DNA from: Kondoa subrosea
Lineage: Eukaryota
Direction: 5' to 3'
Assembly (NCBI GenBank): GCA_039545335.1
Contig: BCIN01000002.1
Span: forward strand, 819,118 to 883,117
DNA length: 64,000 bases
Shown here: one piece after another, positions 42,677-55,300 of the stretch
Numbering within the stretch: the first letter of the stretch is position 1
Layout: the number at the start of each line of letters is the position of its first letter
Notes under the pieces: model-generated
What the model was told of the DNA's origin: nothing
What the model saw: only the letters and a program-made list of their open reading frames with translations
The model's database searches: none
Translations under genes and position numbers: made by a program

Positions 42677-44065
42677 CTAAGTTGGTACATGTATACTATT
42701 CCTCAAATCAGCTATAACACGGAATTGAGAACAAACCATACTCACATTCCTCCTTGCTTGATCCAATCGATAAAGTTGTCGTCAATCGTCACAGCACAAC
42801 TCAACCTTGAATTTGGTTGTCTTTGAGGATCTAGTTCGAGCTGATCAAGCTCTTCATCTGACAAATCATCGTCTGATCCGATAGTAGGCTGAAAGATAAG
42901 ATGGCAGGTGGCACACTGTCAATTACATGCCATCAGCAACTAATAGTCAGCATACGAAAATGCTGCTGACCTCCAGATAACCACCACAAGTAGCTTGTAC
43001 CAATCCAGCACGTCTAGCTAAATCTTTGACAGTCTCTCCAATAAAGCCTGACACTTTTTGGACCTGTCCATTCTTCTCAAAAGACAATTCAACAGTTTCG
43101 CCCAATTCCTCAGTCCGTTTCTGTTTCTTCCTATTCAATCTTCTCATTTTGGTAGCTTTCAAAATCTCTTGGTAACTTTTCCCAGTCATATCCATTTTTC
43201 CCGAAGAAGAAGAAGTTTGAGATTCATAAAGTGCTATTTGATCTTCTTTTGCTGATCCTAAACTTCCTCTCCATTTCGACCACCAAACTCCGTCCCCTGA
43301 TTCATTCGAACGAGTATCAAGAACTACATCCAAGAAAGTTGAAGCATCTTCAGCTGATAAAGATCCATACCAATCTGATCGAAATTTGTTATAGACTAAA
43401 GCATTAGCGGCATATTTATGACCACCTATATGAGAGATTTGCATGATTTTGATAGTAGAGTTTAGGTCTCGATTGGAGATTTCTTTAGAGAGATTATCGA
43501 AACTTTGATTTTGGTGTCGAAAGAATTAGCCATGTATAGACAGAGATTGAAATGAGAGACAGACAAAGTTTTGCCTACTATACCACATCTGCAATCCCTT
43601 TGCGCGTGTGTGCAAACCTGATCAAGAACTACTGAGTTTGCATACCGATGACACGAAGAAGATCCAGCTCACGTAGATATGCGTTTCATCGACTGCATCA
43701 TCGCTCGACGGAATGTACGCGGACAACCTTGCAGCACCTTCTTCAGTATCAGAAACCGAGAAAGGAATCTTGATCATCCGCGGATAGAGGTACGCATGTC
43801 CCTCATTTGCGTCTCCGCTGAAAGCGAAACTTCTCAACGCATCGTGCAATAGATGTCCTTCATCCAATGGTCCGAGCTCTTGCAGTAAGGGAGAGTGTTC
43901 CTCTAATTTCGAAGGCCATTGGTCAGGTTGAGTCTTGCCATGGACGACCAAATGATTTGCTGAAGTGGATGCGCTGCCTACTAGTGTACTACTAGAAGAT
44001 CGTCTGATCTGTTGATGTACGCTGAAGTGCTGTACAAATCGCAGAGATCGGATCGCTGTTCGCAT
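42677..44065 (-). CDS. Apd1/Aim32-like (sucrase/ferredoxin-like) protein fused to a C-terminal adrenodoxin-type [2Fe-2S] domain
   Basis: VCTHAQRDCRCG (C-x8-C), SHIGGHKYAAN (H-x3-H), WYG; then TCGGYLE|CATCH...SRLSC (C-x5-C-x2-C-x35-C); presequence-like N-terminus MRTAIRSLRF. Confidence 0.88.
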
Positions 44066-44496
44066 ACGAGTTGCTTATCTGATTACAATGTGCTGTGGTC
44101 TGCTGCTGTGGCTCCTTTAGGCGATTCTTGCTTGGGCCTATTCCGTTTTCTAGCTCTTGGCGTGCGAAAGAAGGGCCCGTTGTGTGAAGTGGACGGAGAT
44201 GACTTCTGACTTAAGTTTCTTGCCTTTTATTTCGGCAGCTATTTCTGTTTCTGCGATCTGTGTGTATAGATTCACACGGTAACAAGTAAAAGTTGGACAC
44301 TAGCGAAAGCGCGGAGTGCAAGGAGTAAAGTGATATCTTCCCTTTGTCGTGTTCGAAAAGGCTCGCTTGCTCCTTCTGATCTACTTCTCTTCTTCCTTCA
44401 CAATCTCATTCTTATTTCTCACCGATCATTCTCTTCTCTTCTCTTCACTCTCAGCACTTCACCTTTACGACCTTTTCACGACCTCGCAACGTTATC

Positions 44497-46186
44497 ATGG
44501 ATATCGTTGTTGACACTCAAACTCACTCTTCGAAGGCACCTTCTCTCGATGAAATGATAGAGGAGATAGCTAGATCAACAGCTGCTCCTACTTCTAGCAT
44601 TGTAATCACTGGTCCTTCGGTTCCAGTCACTTTAGCTACTTCCAGTCCATCTTTGGCTCTTCCTTTGTCCATACCCACTCACAAACACGATGAACATATT
44701 CATTCGCCTGTTCCTCGGTCTCCTAGCTCTCAAACTGTACAGAACCTGGAGAAGGCAGTAGAAGACCAAACCAAAGTTGGTGAACCGGTTAGCAATAGCA
44801 ATGCGATTCTGTGCGACTCTCCCGAAGAAGCACTCGAACGTATCTTGGCTGTCTCTTTGCCCACTACTGACAAGATCGACTCTGATATGCTGTAAGCTTT
44901 TCCTTGCTGTTTGCAATGTACCCGCGGAGCTGATTATTTTCCTCAGAACAACTCCTTTCATCGGGCAACGCTTCAAAAGCAGAGAAGAATTCAAGCAGAC
45001 TTGTCAATCTTACGCTACTGCTTTCTCTGCTGCCAGTCCGGACTCGAGATTTCATTTCGCGACTCGTACTTCTTCCGCTGATCGCTGGCTGTATGTTCAA
45101 TAGTCTATTTACACGTTATGCGCTGATGATCTCACTAGTGTCTTCTCTTGTAATCATCATGTCAAGGGCTGTCCAGTATTAGTCCGAGTTGAGCGAGATC
45201 GTACTGCAAATGACTGGTGAGCTTACTCATTTTGAAATCCTTTGTTCTTGAGTGCGCTCAAACATTGAACAGGGTCATAACGGCTCATCAATATTCTCAC
45301 AAACATCCTCACGGATCAAGTGCATCTTACATCCCACCTCGAGCAGCTGATGCGACTTCTATTTCTCGACCTTCATCAGCAATCAGCAACAAGTCCAGTC
45401 GGAAGTTTACCGTCGTTCGTAAACGCGAGAAGTATGAGGATGAAGATTTCGTCAACGACGACGAAGAAGCTTCGATCGCTTATCAACCTTATGCTCGACC
45501 AAGATCGCGCACCAATGGTCATGTTCAGAAACGGCGTCATTCTTCTGATGGACAAGCTCGTAGTAAGTGAGACCTGACCATGTGAGAGGTTTCGATTCTA
45601 ACACATCTTTACAGCTCGGATGATCATTAAGCACAAACGATCCTTCGAAATCTCAGCAGCTGGTCCAGTAAACAGAGATCGAAACACAATGCAAGACTCT
45701 CTGCTTCCGTTCAATACTCGTGAACAAGGAAGCAACCTTCAGCATACTTATTCTTCCACCCGACGATCCTCCTTCGATTCTGATCATCTTCGTCTGCCTA
45801 GTCCAAGTGGCAGTTGTACTTCAGCTTCATCTACAAGTGTAATGAGCTATCGCTCTCGTGCTCTTTCCATTTCTTCCGCTGGAAGTGAGCAAGCCGCTGC
45901 GCAGATTGAAATACCAAACGGCACACTCGAGCAATATCTGGCCGCTGTCCATCCTCTGTTGGGAGACGAAGAGCTTCTTGAAGCGTTCAAAGTATGTTGC
46001 TTCGTGCTCTGAGTCACAAGTTGTCGCTGATATGAAGGACAGCACGCAGGCATCGAAGACGTCGCAACTCTTCTTTCTCTTGAGCAACCCGAACTCGTTT
46101 GCGTAGTAGATAGCTTTTCAGATGTGGCTGTCAAACCTTTGCAAAAGCTTCTGATCAAGAAGCGAATAACTCGCGCTTTGAGATGA
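44497..46186 (+). CDS. Protein with a WRKY/GCM1/MULE-type zinc-finger domain and a C-terminal SAM-like domain
   Basis: IGQRFKSREEFKQTCQSYA...FHF..., C-x6-C-x23-H-x-H across two introns; C-terminus LEQYL...LLEAFKHAGIEDVATLLSLEQPEL...KPLQKLLIKKRI. Confidence 0.7.
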
Positions 46187-46326
46187 TCCAAACAAGTACA
46201 TTTGGATAGTCAAGGTGTCAAATGATCTGTACTAGACGTGTGCTATAGACCATGAATATGATGCAGGATATGTTTGCTGTACAATAAATGCCTTTTACAA
46301 ATGCTACTTTCTAATCTCTAACATAA

Positions 46327-49300
46327 TTAAGCAAACTGAAAGGCAAAGAGATCAGCTCTGAAAAGACAACGAGCCAAACTGCAGAACTTACACCGAAGCC
46401 AGCAGTCTCCGTGATGGCTAATAATAACATTCTACGCAAGTCTTCATAAGTTGGATATGTAGGCAAATCCAGTCTAAGAGGCAAAAGAATCAGCAGTGCT
46501 CTGGAATAAAATTGGCGTAAATTGACATACTGATTGAAACACGAGTGCGCTGAAGGAAGCGCGCCTGCGCTATGGGCGGCGACAATGGTGAACTTTGTGT
46601 TCCCACTGACACCTTTAGAAACCACGAAGGAGTTAGCCGAATTCTTGAGAAAATGAACATATTACATACCTTGGAGAGCGCCGAAACCCTCTAGCGGAAC
46701 ACGACTTGACCCAGTGACGAATTGGAGCAACTTCGCCCTCTCTTCTTGACTGAATGATCGTACAGCACGCCAGAACCAAACTACAGGCGAACTTGACGCC
46801 GAATATCCTTGAAGGTCGGTATTTGCCCGCCATTCGTCGACATCGATATCAGGCAAGCTACCAAATGTGCATAAGTATTGGATTGGACTAGAACGATAGA
46901 TCTGTGCTTACCCTGAGATGAGCAGCTGGAGTTCCGATGCATTGAAGATAGACACGAGTTCTGTGGGAACAATAGAAGTGAAGCCAGAAACGAAGGCTTG
47001 AGCCTGCTCCTTGATGGAGTTTGTTAGTCGATGCTTGACGAGTAGTTCCACGTATTCGCGCTTGTTTTCGTCATTAACAGGCAGATCACGTCCTCCGGGC
47101 TTAAGATCAATGACTTTGATGACACCCCACTCATCCGCTTCCACACTGAAAGTCAATTCCAGCACACCGTCCTGATCAAGGATCAGAATTATGTCACCAC
47201 TGCATGTGCAAAGCGCTTACAATCGAATTGTCAAGCATCCACTTCAGACTGCGAAAGCTGTCCGGATCAACAGACTCTAGATCGCTAAGATCGACAGGAA
47301 CACCTAGTAGATGTTTGTAGAAGGCCTTTGTGAAGTATGCTTCCAGTAGACGTCCATCATATACAGACTTGCCGATGATTCGACCAACGAAAGTAAAGAA
47401 TGGAAGATGATCAGGCTGGAAACAATCAGTTTAGTCTATAGCTATAAACACAAAACTCACGTTGACATAAGATTGAGGATTAGGCTGATACACTAGCTGA
47501 TCTGCCGATGAGGGTTGGAAAAGAGCGTAGCCAGGGTTGAAAATGGATCTTGCTAGTATCGAATACCATTCTCTAGTAACACCTCCCGCATCCACACCCT
47601 CTTCATCGTAGACTACATTAGATTTATTAGGTCCGAACTGGATTCTAATTGCACAATGAAGCACTCACATCGCACCGAAAGCTTTCCATACTTGAGTTGC
47701 TCTGGTGTCCGCCTTGCTGGATTCAAACTCTGGAAAGAGTCTTCAAATACATACTGCCTGCGGACGTTGACTGGTAAAGTTCCAAAGTGATCACGACTTG
47801 TACGCTTGTGCAGAGCTTGGTTGAAATAGTTGCGCTTGTTTTCAAATTCGAGTACTGCAGGGTTGTGAACGAGAATAGAGAAAGATCCGCCCATCAAAGA
47901 GGGATTCTGTCGCACCATCGCATTCAACAGCTTGCGATGTTGTCGAGTGAATGTAAAGAATAGACTTTCGTCGCTTCCCTTGTTGCTGCTAGGAGACAAG
48001 ACAGTAAGGGCACTGCTGGACGCAGGCGGTTTGGCTTCATGTTTGGAGAGAACCATGAAAGCTTCGATCAGAGGCAGAAGAACGGTACCAATGTGGGTAA
48101 GCTCCTTTTGTTCGACCATAACGAGGCACGCTCCAAGAGTGTCCCAAAGAGAAGAGAAGTTGAAAGCTGCGTAAATTTCTTGAACTCGCCGATCAGCTTC
48201 TGCTGCTTCTTCAGGTTTGTCCTTCTTGTTGGCTGATTTGCTTGAATGAATATAATCAATCGTTTTTAGCACCCGCAACAGTTTAGCTTGAAGAGATGAA
48301 GCTGGCGATAATTTGGCCATAACTGTTCCAGGGATTTCGCCTGAAGTGCTCAAAGCAGCATGTAGCTGTTTGAGATCTGGAAGAAGGTTCTGAGACAGGC
48401 TTTGAGCTCGAGCTGAAAGTTCAGTAGAAATGACTTCGCGAGCTCCTGGCAAATGTGAAAGATGTTGAATAAGGTTAAGGGTTTGTTGAAATGTTTTGCT
48501 TGACACTTCTTTCGCATCCAGAATATTAACGACAGACTTGAGCGCGCTGGTAGGGATACTAGGTGGATCTTCTCGCAGACGCTTTTGCAAGTCTTCTTCT
48601 TCGGATGGCTCTTCCGTCGGCTTCACTTCACTCTTCGGAGCACTTCCTTCAGTGTTAGAAGCTTCAACAGGCGCCATTTCCGAATCGAGAGCTGGAACAG
48701 CAGGTGGATCTGAATTTTGTGGTGTATTAGTTGATGTATCAACGGACGCCATTTGCGGTGGTGCTGATACAGGCAAAGGTGTCGAAAGAATGTGCAGAGG
48801 TCGTGTGATAGTTGCCAACAAGCTGGTCAAAGAGTCCATGACACCAGGAATGCCGAGAAGCATGGGTCTTTCGAGCAGACCCAGCAAAATGACCAGAGGC
48901 AGAACGGAAGTTGGAGGCAAAGCTTTCTCTTTGCCCTTTGTGCTGGCTTTTCCTTTCGATTTGCGGCTGAGATGACCTAGAGATTCTTGTTCTGTCAAGA
49001 AATAATGAGCCACGGACTCATTGCCCTGAACAAGGTGAGCGAAAGCTTCCAGACATCTTTGGGCAACAAGATTTGGAGCACCAGGAGGACCTTCAGTAAA
49101 GCCGGGAAGTTGTATCGATGGAGTGGGTTGTGCAGAGCCTCCACGCTGACGAGCGGAAGCAGGTGTTGTTGCTGCAGTCTTTGGCGTTCCAGCCTTGCTC
49201 GCTTTGGCCGAAACTTGCGTGAAGGTTTTGTCAGCTGAAGATGAGTCCTTCGTGCCATCTTGAAGAATCGTGAGCAGAAAATTGATGATTTCCATTCTCG

Positions 49301-52300
49301 ATTTGGTATGATCGCAAAGATTCAGTAGAACAGTTTGTAATACGCCCTTCTCGAGTTGCTGAGGGAAGAAGAGAAGCCGCACCAGAGTGGCTATAGATGA
49401 CTTGTCGAGGAGCTGTACGGCATGTCGAGGTGTAATCTTTTTCGGAAGAGGCGCACCGGCCCCGAAGAGAGCCGCAAAAGCTTCAGTTGCTTCCATTCCT
49501 CTTCCACTCCCAGGCAAGCGACGGGGACCGCGATTTCTTGCCTGTTGCTGCAGGGCATCTACTTCCGCAAGAAGATTGGGTGGAAGTGTTGCCAGGAAGT
49601 CGCGACCACCATCTTGCAATTGCTGTATCAGAACCTCTCTTCGAAGCTGAGGGTCATGTTCAAGAGTCGCAAGGAAAGTAGCTGGATCCATCTCGGCTGG
49701 GCCAGGTGCAGGTACTTCGCCAGCTTGGATAGCAGCTTGACGTTGACGCTCTCTCTGTTGCCTCTGTTGTTCCAAAGTCTCTTGAAGCATGACTTCAGCT
49801 CGGATGTCAGGCGGAAGAGCATCCAAAAATTCGGCAGAAATTGATGACGAGGAAGCGGCAGGCGCAGTCGAGGGAGTTGAATCATCAGTATTGGTAGCTG
49901 GAGTGGTCTCTTGTGGCGGTGCTGCACGACGGATGTCACGGTAATGCTGATTGATGATTTCTTCCCGCATTTCATCTGGCAGGGCTTCCAAGAATTCTGG
50001 ATCGATACCAGTATCGGTGATATCTACTGTATGGCCGTGAATTTCAACAGTAACTCGAGTTGGACCGGAAGACTCGGCATCTTCGGATTGCGATGCTGAA
50101 GTTGAAGCTTGGTCTGTATCCATAGCTTGAGCATTCTCCGTCGAAGGAACAGGTACTGCAGCAGCGTTACCACCTGCCAAGCTACGTGCTATGGCCATCA
50201 TTGCTTCTAGCGGATCTTCAGGCATAGAAGCAGGTTCGGCAGCTTGAGTTGCAGCTCGTGCTGCCTCTTCTTTAGCTAGACGCTTCTCTTCCTCCCGCTT
50301 TGTTTTAGCAGCAGCAGCTTCAGCCTCTAGGGTTTCTTTGGCCTTCGCTTCAGCTTCTTTAGCAGCTTGTTGTTCAGCTTCGGCCTTTTTGGCATCCTCT
50401 ATTTCTTTTGCTTCCCGAGAAGACTTCTTTGCTTGAGGTAGCAAAGCATTGACTAGATGCGCTTGTAGTGCTGTACAGCGTTCGGTAGTTGGGACACAAG
50501 CCTGGAAAGCCCGAGCTTCCTGATCCCAGCGTAGATGAGTAGATGCAGGATTCATGGCCGAAGACATAGGTCGAGACGATGAGCCAGCCGCTCGAGAACC
50601 AGATCCAGGTCTTCTCATGAGCATGTCTTCGCCATGATGATGATGGTGATGATGATGATGGGGCAAAGCTCCGGGTGGAATGGCAAACATCGGTTGATGA
50701 CCCTCGCGACCGACGCGCTGCATGATACCTTGCTGGCCCATTGCATTGCCAAACATTTGCTCAATGAGCTGGACCATATTGTCACCTAATTGATCGCCAA
50801 TCGCATGTAGAAGAGGAGCGAAGGGACCGGTAATATGATGCGGTCGACGTCTCTCGGTGTGATGATTGTTAACTTCGGGATTCGATGTGTCGACGAGCAA
50901 GCGATGTGGACCAACGTCTCGTACGCCTTGACCAGGTCCTCCAGCAACGAGAATGGCTCTAGGTTCACGACCTCTAGGACCACCTAAGTAGAAGGCTCAG
51001 ATAGAGAAATCATGCATTGTGAGTCTCGGTCACTGACCTATAGTTTCTTGATCCAATGCTATTTGACCAGGTTGCTGATGGCCAAACACAATGTTTGGGT
51101 CAAATTCGAGCATCTCTTCTTCCTCTTCTTCGGCATAATCATCTTCATCAGCTTCGGGATAGCCAAGTTGGGCATCCAACGCGTCATTCGCGTTTCCTGG
51201 CAAGGCTTGGCCAGTGCCTTCGGCTTCAGCCTCTTCTCTTTCTCTTTGAGCTAAGTTCATGACTTCTTGGGCCATTCTTGCATTATGTACTGCATCAAGA
51301 TCTTCTTCGTCGTCGGATAGATCCTGATCTTGATCTGGATCCTCGTCGTCATCTTGCACTAAAGCTTCGAACAGCGATGTCACTTGATTGCCATGAGAAT
51401 GATCGTCGTCTTCGTCGTCCATCATTCCCATATCATCTTCCTCATCGGTGATGATTTCGCCATCAATCAAGTCATTGATATCAATATCATCCTGCAAAGC
51501 GTTTGTCTAGATATTGCAAGTGAAATAGACCAACAAGCTCACCTGGTCATCAATGTCGGCTTGCGAATCGCCTGCATCCGAACGATCATCGTCCATTTCC
51601 TCATCAGGATTACTATGCCGTTCTTCTCCATCGTCATCAGAATCTGGTAAGGGATCAGATCGACAAGCAAAGAGGAAGGAAGTGCATACCATCGTCACTT
51701 AGGTCGCTGACATCACTTGGCACTATCTCAGCAGGGCCTTCCATGTCAACGAAATCGTCCCTGAAAAAATGCAATATGAAGGCACAATAAGCGAAAGAAA
51801 AAGTGAACTGACTCGTCAACGTCCATCCCATTGTCGTCGTCATATCCTTCGCTATCTTCGGCATTGGCACCTTCTAATTCACCCTCATACATGCCTAGAG
51901 CTGAACTGCGATAAAGATCAGGACTGTCACCGATTTCTGCTTGTCGACCAGCGCCCATGTCATCGTCCATATCGGAGCCATTCGATGGATCACTTTGGTC
52001 ATCATCATCGTCTTCACCCTCGCTGGCGCTGAGTACGTCTATTTCTATGCCTCCAAGTTGTTTGATTTCTGCTTTGCTGCCAACACGTTTGACGGCCTTG
52101 GAAAGCATTTGTAAAGGGCGCAGTATCTTATTGATGAGAGATTTGACAGAAGGGAAATTGAGGTCGGCATCGGCGAGCGCACTTGTCAGAAGGCTAGCAA
52201 AGTTCTTCTCGACCATCAATTTAGCCATCTGTTCGTACATTTCGTCCGAGAACTTGGATCGGCGTTGTTGACTTGCAGATGAGGGTGGAGAAAGCAAGCG

Positions 52301-55300
52301 ATAACAAAGATCAGATAGAGAACCAAGTTTTGCATATCGCTGAGCAGTAGGTTCGCTCGATGCGAGAACTTCTTTGATAGCTTTGGCAATCGCGTCGAGA
52401 ACGCCACGGCGAACGGAAGCATAGCTTTCAGCTTCAGCGGAACCATCGACGACCTTGTTGCTAGCTTCAGAGCAAATTGCTGTTACCACCAAAGCCGCCC
52501 ATTCTGAAAGACGGAGTGGTTTGATCGCGGCTGGAAGTTTGTCTTGCATAAGAGCGCCCAGTGGGATGACTTCGTGCAGCAAGAAAGGCAAAAAAGCAAT
52601 GAGAGTTGATCTTTTGTTCGTCGGCAATTTCTGATGGGCAATTGCTTCAAGAGAAACTTTGCAAGATAGATATGAGTACGCCAATTCAGACATGCAGGCC
52701 ATCAGGAATCGGCAGTAAGTAAGCTCTTTGAGATTAGCTTCTCCTTGAGCAAGGCAAGCTGCCAGAAGAGCGCCTTCGGGTTTGTCCGCTGGTTTAGCGA
52801 AAGAAGACGGAACTGAAAGCAGCTGTGTCACCAAGTGCTTGAGCAGATTTTCAACAATGCTGCCACTGGGTGATGAGGCCGCAGTACTAATGTCATCAAT
52901 TTGCATGTCGTTGGTCTTGTTGGCGACTTCCACTGTCTCGCTAGTACCTTGATCCAAGGCAGCACCGGCAGCTTGGATTGGCACAGGTGTTACAGCGGAA
53001 GCGATGATTGGTGAAGTAGTCGAAACTACACTGAGAGCTGAAGCTGAAGTGTTTTGCAATTTGCAAGTGTCTTGAGTAACTTCAACAAAGATTCGTGGAT
53101 CGCGCAAAGCAGCAGACTTCATTGCTTGAACGAAGGCATTGATGTCGCCATTGCGCCCGCGTTGACGGACGAAGTAATCTTGGATTGCGCTAGTCATAAT
53201 ACCCTTGAGCGTAGAAGGCGATTCCACGATGTGTCGCAGGATGAGAATGACAAATTCTTGACTATTTTCACCAGATATCCTAGCATCGGCTGAGATGAGA
53301 AGCGAAAGTCCATCTGCTTGACAAAAGGATTGAGCCATCTCGGGCTGTTTGATCAGCAAGACAAGGATACGTTGAGCTGCGGACAATTGATCATCAGAAG
53401 CGCTTTGTGTTTTCAGAACGTGCAGAGCTAGGTTGAGAGCAGTTGAGCGGGCTTCTTCCAGACCTGGGCCTTGCAAAACAGTTGAAGTATCTAAAACAGC
53501 AGTTTCTTCGATGGCTGCATCAACAGATTGATCTCGAGGGACTTCGGAGACCGAAATGAGATTTTCGACTACCAATAGAAGAGGAGCAGTCCATGCTGAG
53601 ATGTCTTTGGCAGAACTTGATATACCTGCAGCCAGGAATTTCTGCAAGACTTCTGTAATTGCCAAAAGTCGACTACGAACGCGCTGACGGAAGGCCACAT
53701 CGCTTGTCAAGAGGGCCAACAAGCGAAGTTGAGCGGCAACAGCGTTCTCGTCAGTAGCCATGTCTCCTTCCGACAGGCTCTTGAGCAGTAGAGGAATCAA
53801 TGCAACTTGTGGTGTATCGATAGGACTGTCATTCTCAAGAGTACGTGAAGCATCTCGAACATCGAAGATCATTTGATCGTAAATCGAAAGAAGTCCCAAG
53901 GCGGTTTGCAAGAAATCGGTTTTGAGAGCCGAACGAGCCTCATCCAAGGCTTTCTTGATATCTTCCAACTTCTGTTCACTTGATTGTACTTGACTCTCTG
54001 TCGTTGAAGATTCAGCTGTGGTTTGATTAGAAGATTCGGCCATTTCCGCATCAGCGACGGCTGGAGTTGCGGCTCCGCTGGCTGCTTCGTCTCCATCTTC
54101 TTGAACATTTGCGCCTGTTTGCGGCACAGCTGAAGGGGGTTGCGAAATGAGATAGTCTGTAGCTGCTGCCATATTATTACCATATCGCCGAAGCGCTTGC
54201 ACCACAGCCGGACGGGAGAAACCCATGTCAACCAGCTGACGGATACGCTCCTCGGACAGGACTATGCGCCCTCGATCCCTTTGCACCGGAGTAGGAAGAG
54301 AAGAGATGCCACTGTCTGCTGTTTCAAAGTCGGCCGCCAGTATGCTGGTCAGCGTTCTGAAGACCGAGCGCACAACGTTGGGAGGAGCTCGACGGCAGAC
54401 AGGATTGATCCAAGTATCTTTGACTACGTCGAAGATGGCGGCCCTAGCGCGAATGATGTAGGCCGGTAGATCGATTGACTCCGAATTGGACGAATTGTTT
54501 AGCTCGCTGCGATACGATGGATTCAATTCTGGTAGCTTGCGAGCTGCAACTTTCTCCAGAAGATCCAGGGCAATTCGCATCCCGCCAAAAGCTTGCAGAA
54601 CACGCAGCTTCTTTTCCGTCTCAGCAGGATCTGTAGGTGAAGCCAGATCCGCGTGGTTGCCCTCGCTCTCCTGAGCGAAGTTGAAGAATTGGCGATAGAT
54701 GCCGATTAAAGCGGTCAGACCACCAGCTTCTTCAAATTTGACAGCGAGCATAGCTTGAGGATTGGCAGCCCATCGCTCTACAGGGAACATCAGACGAGCC
54801 GGGAGGACAGTAAGTTTCAAGCCTACCTTTGCCGCAAAGGGTAGTCACAGTCTTGATCATGACAATAGCAAAAGCTGCATCAGTAACGGATGCAGCTACT
54901 TCCAAACTTCAGTATGCTCGCCGTAAGCTGCAGGAGCCAGACTTACCACAATCCTTGATATCGAGATAGCCAGCGAAGATAGCACCAAATTTCTTCGCAG
55001 TCAAAGCGGCTTGTTGACGATGTTGAGTATCAGGCGCGCGACGCGGAGGAGGGCGGCCAATTATTCCTAAAAGAGTAGATCAGCTTGCAATACTGCTACT
55101 TTTCCCGAGACACGGACCAGCAAACAGGTTCTGAATTGCTGCCCCAATTTGACTAATCAAATCCTTTAAGGACCGAACATTCTTCTCGACCAGTGTCTTA
55201 TCTGTATCGCAATCGACTTGCTGAGCTTCTTCAAAGACATTATCGACTTGTCTTGGCGGGAAACGACCAACAGAACGAGGTAGAACAGGCGAAGGCTGAC

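Noticed and set aside
50633..50660. Poly-His run in TOM1, and poly-Gln runs in the PKA N-terminus
   Set aside because: Ordinary homopolymer tracts in disordered regions.
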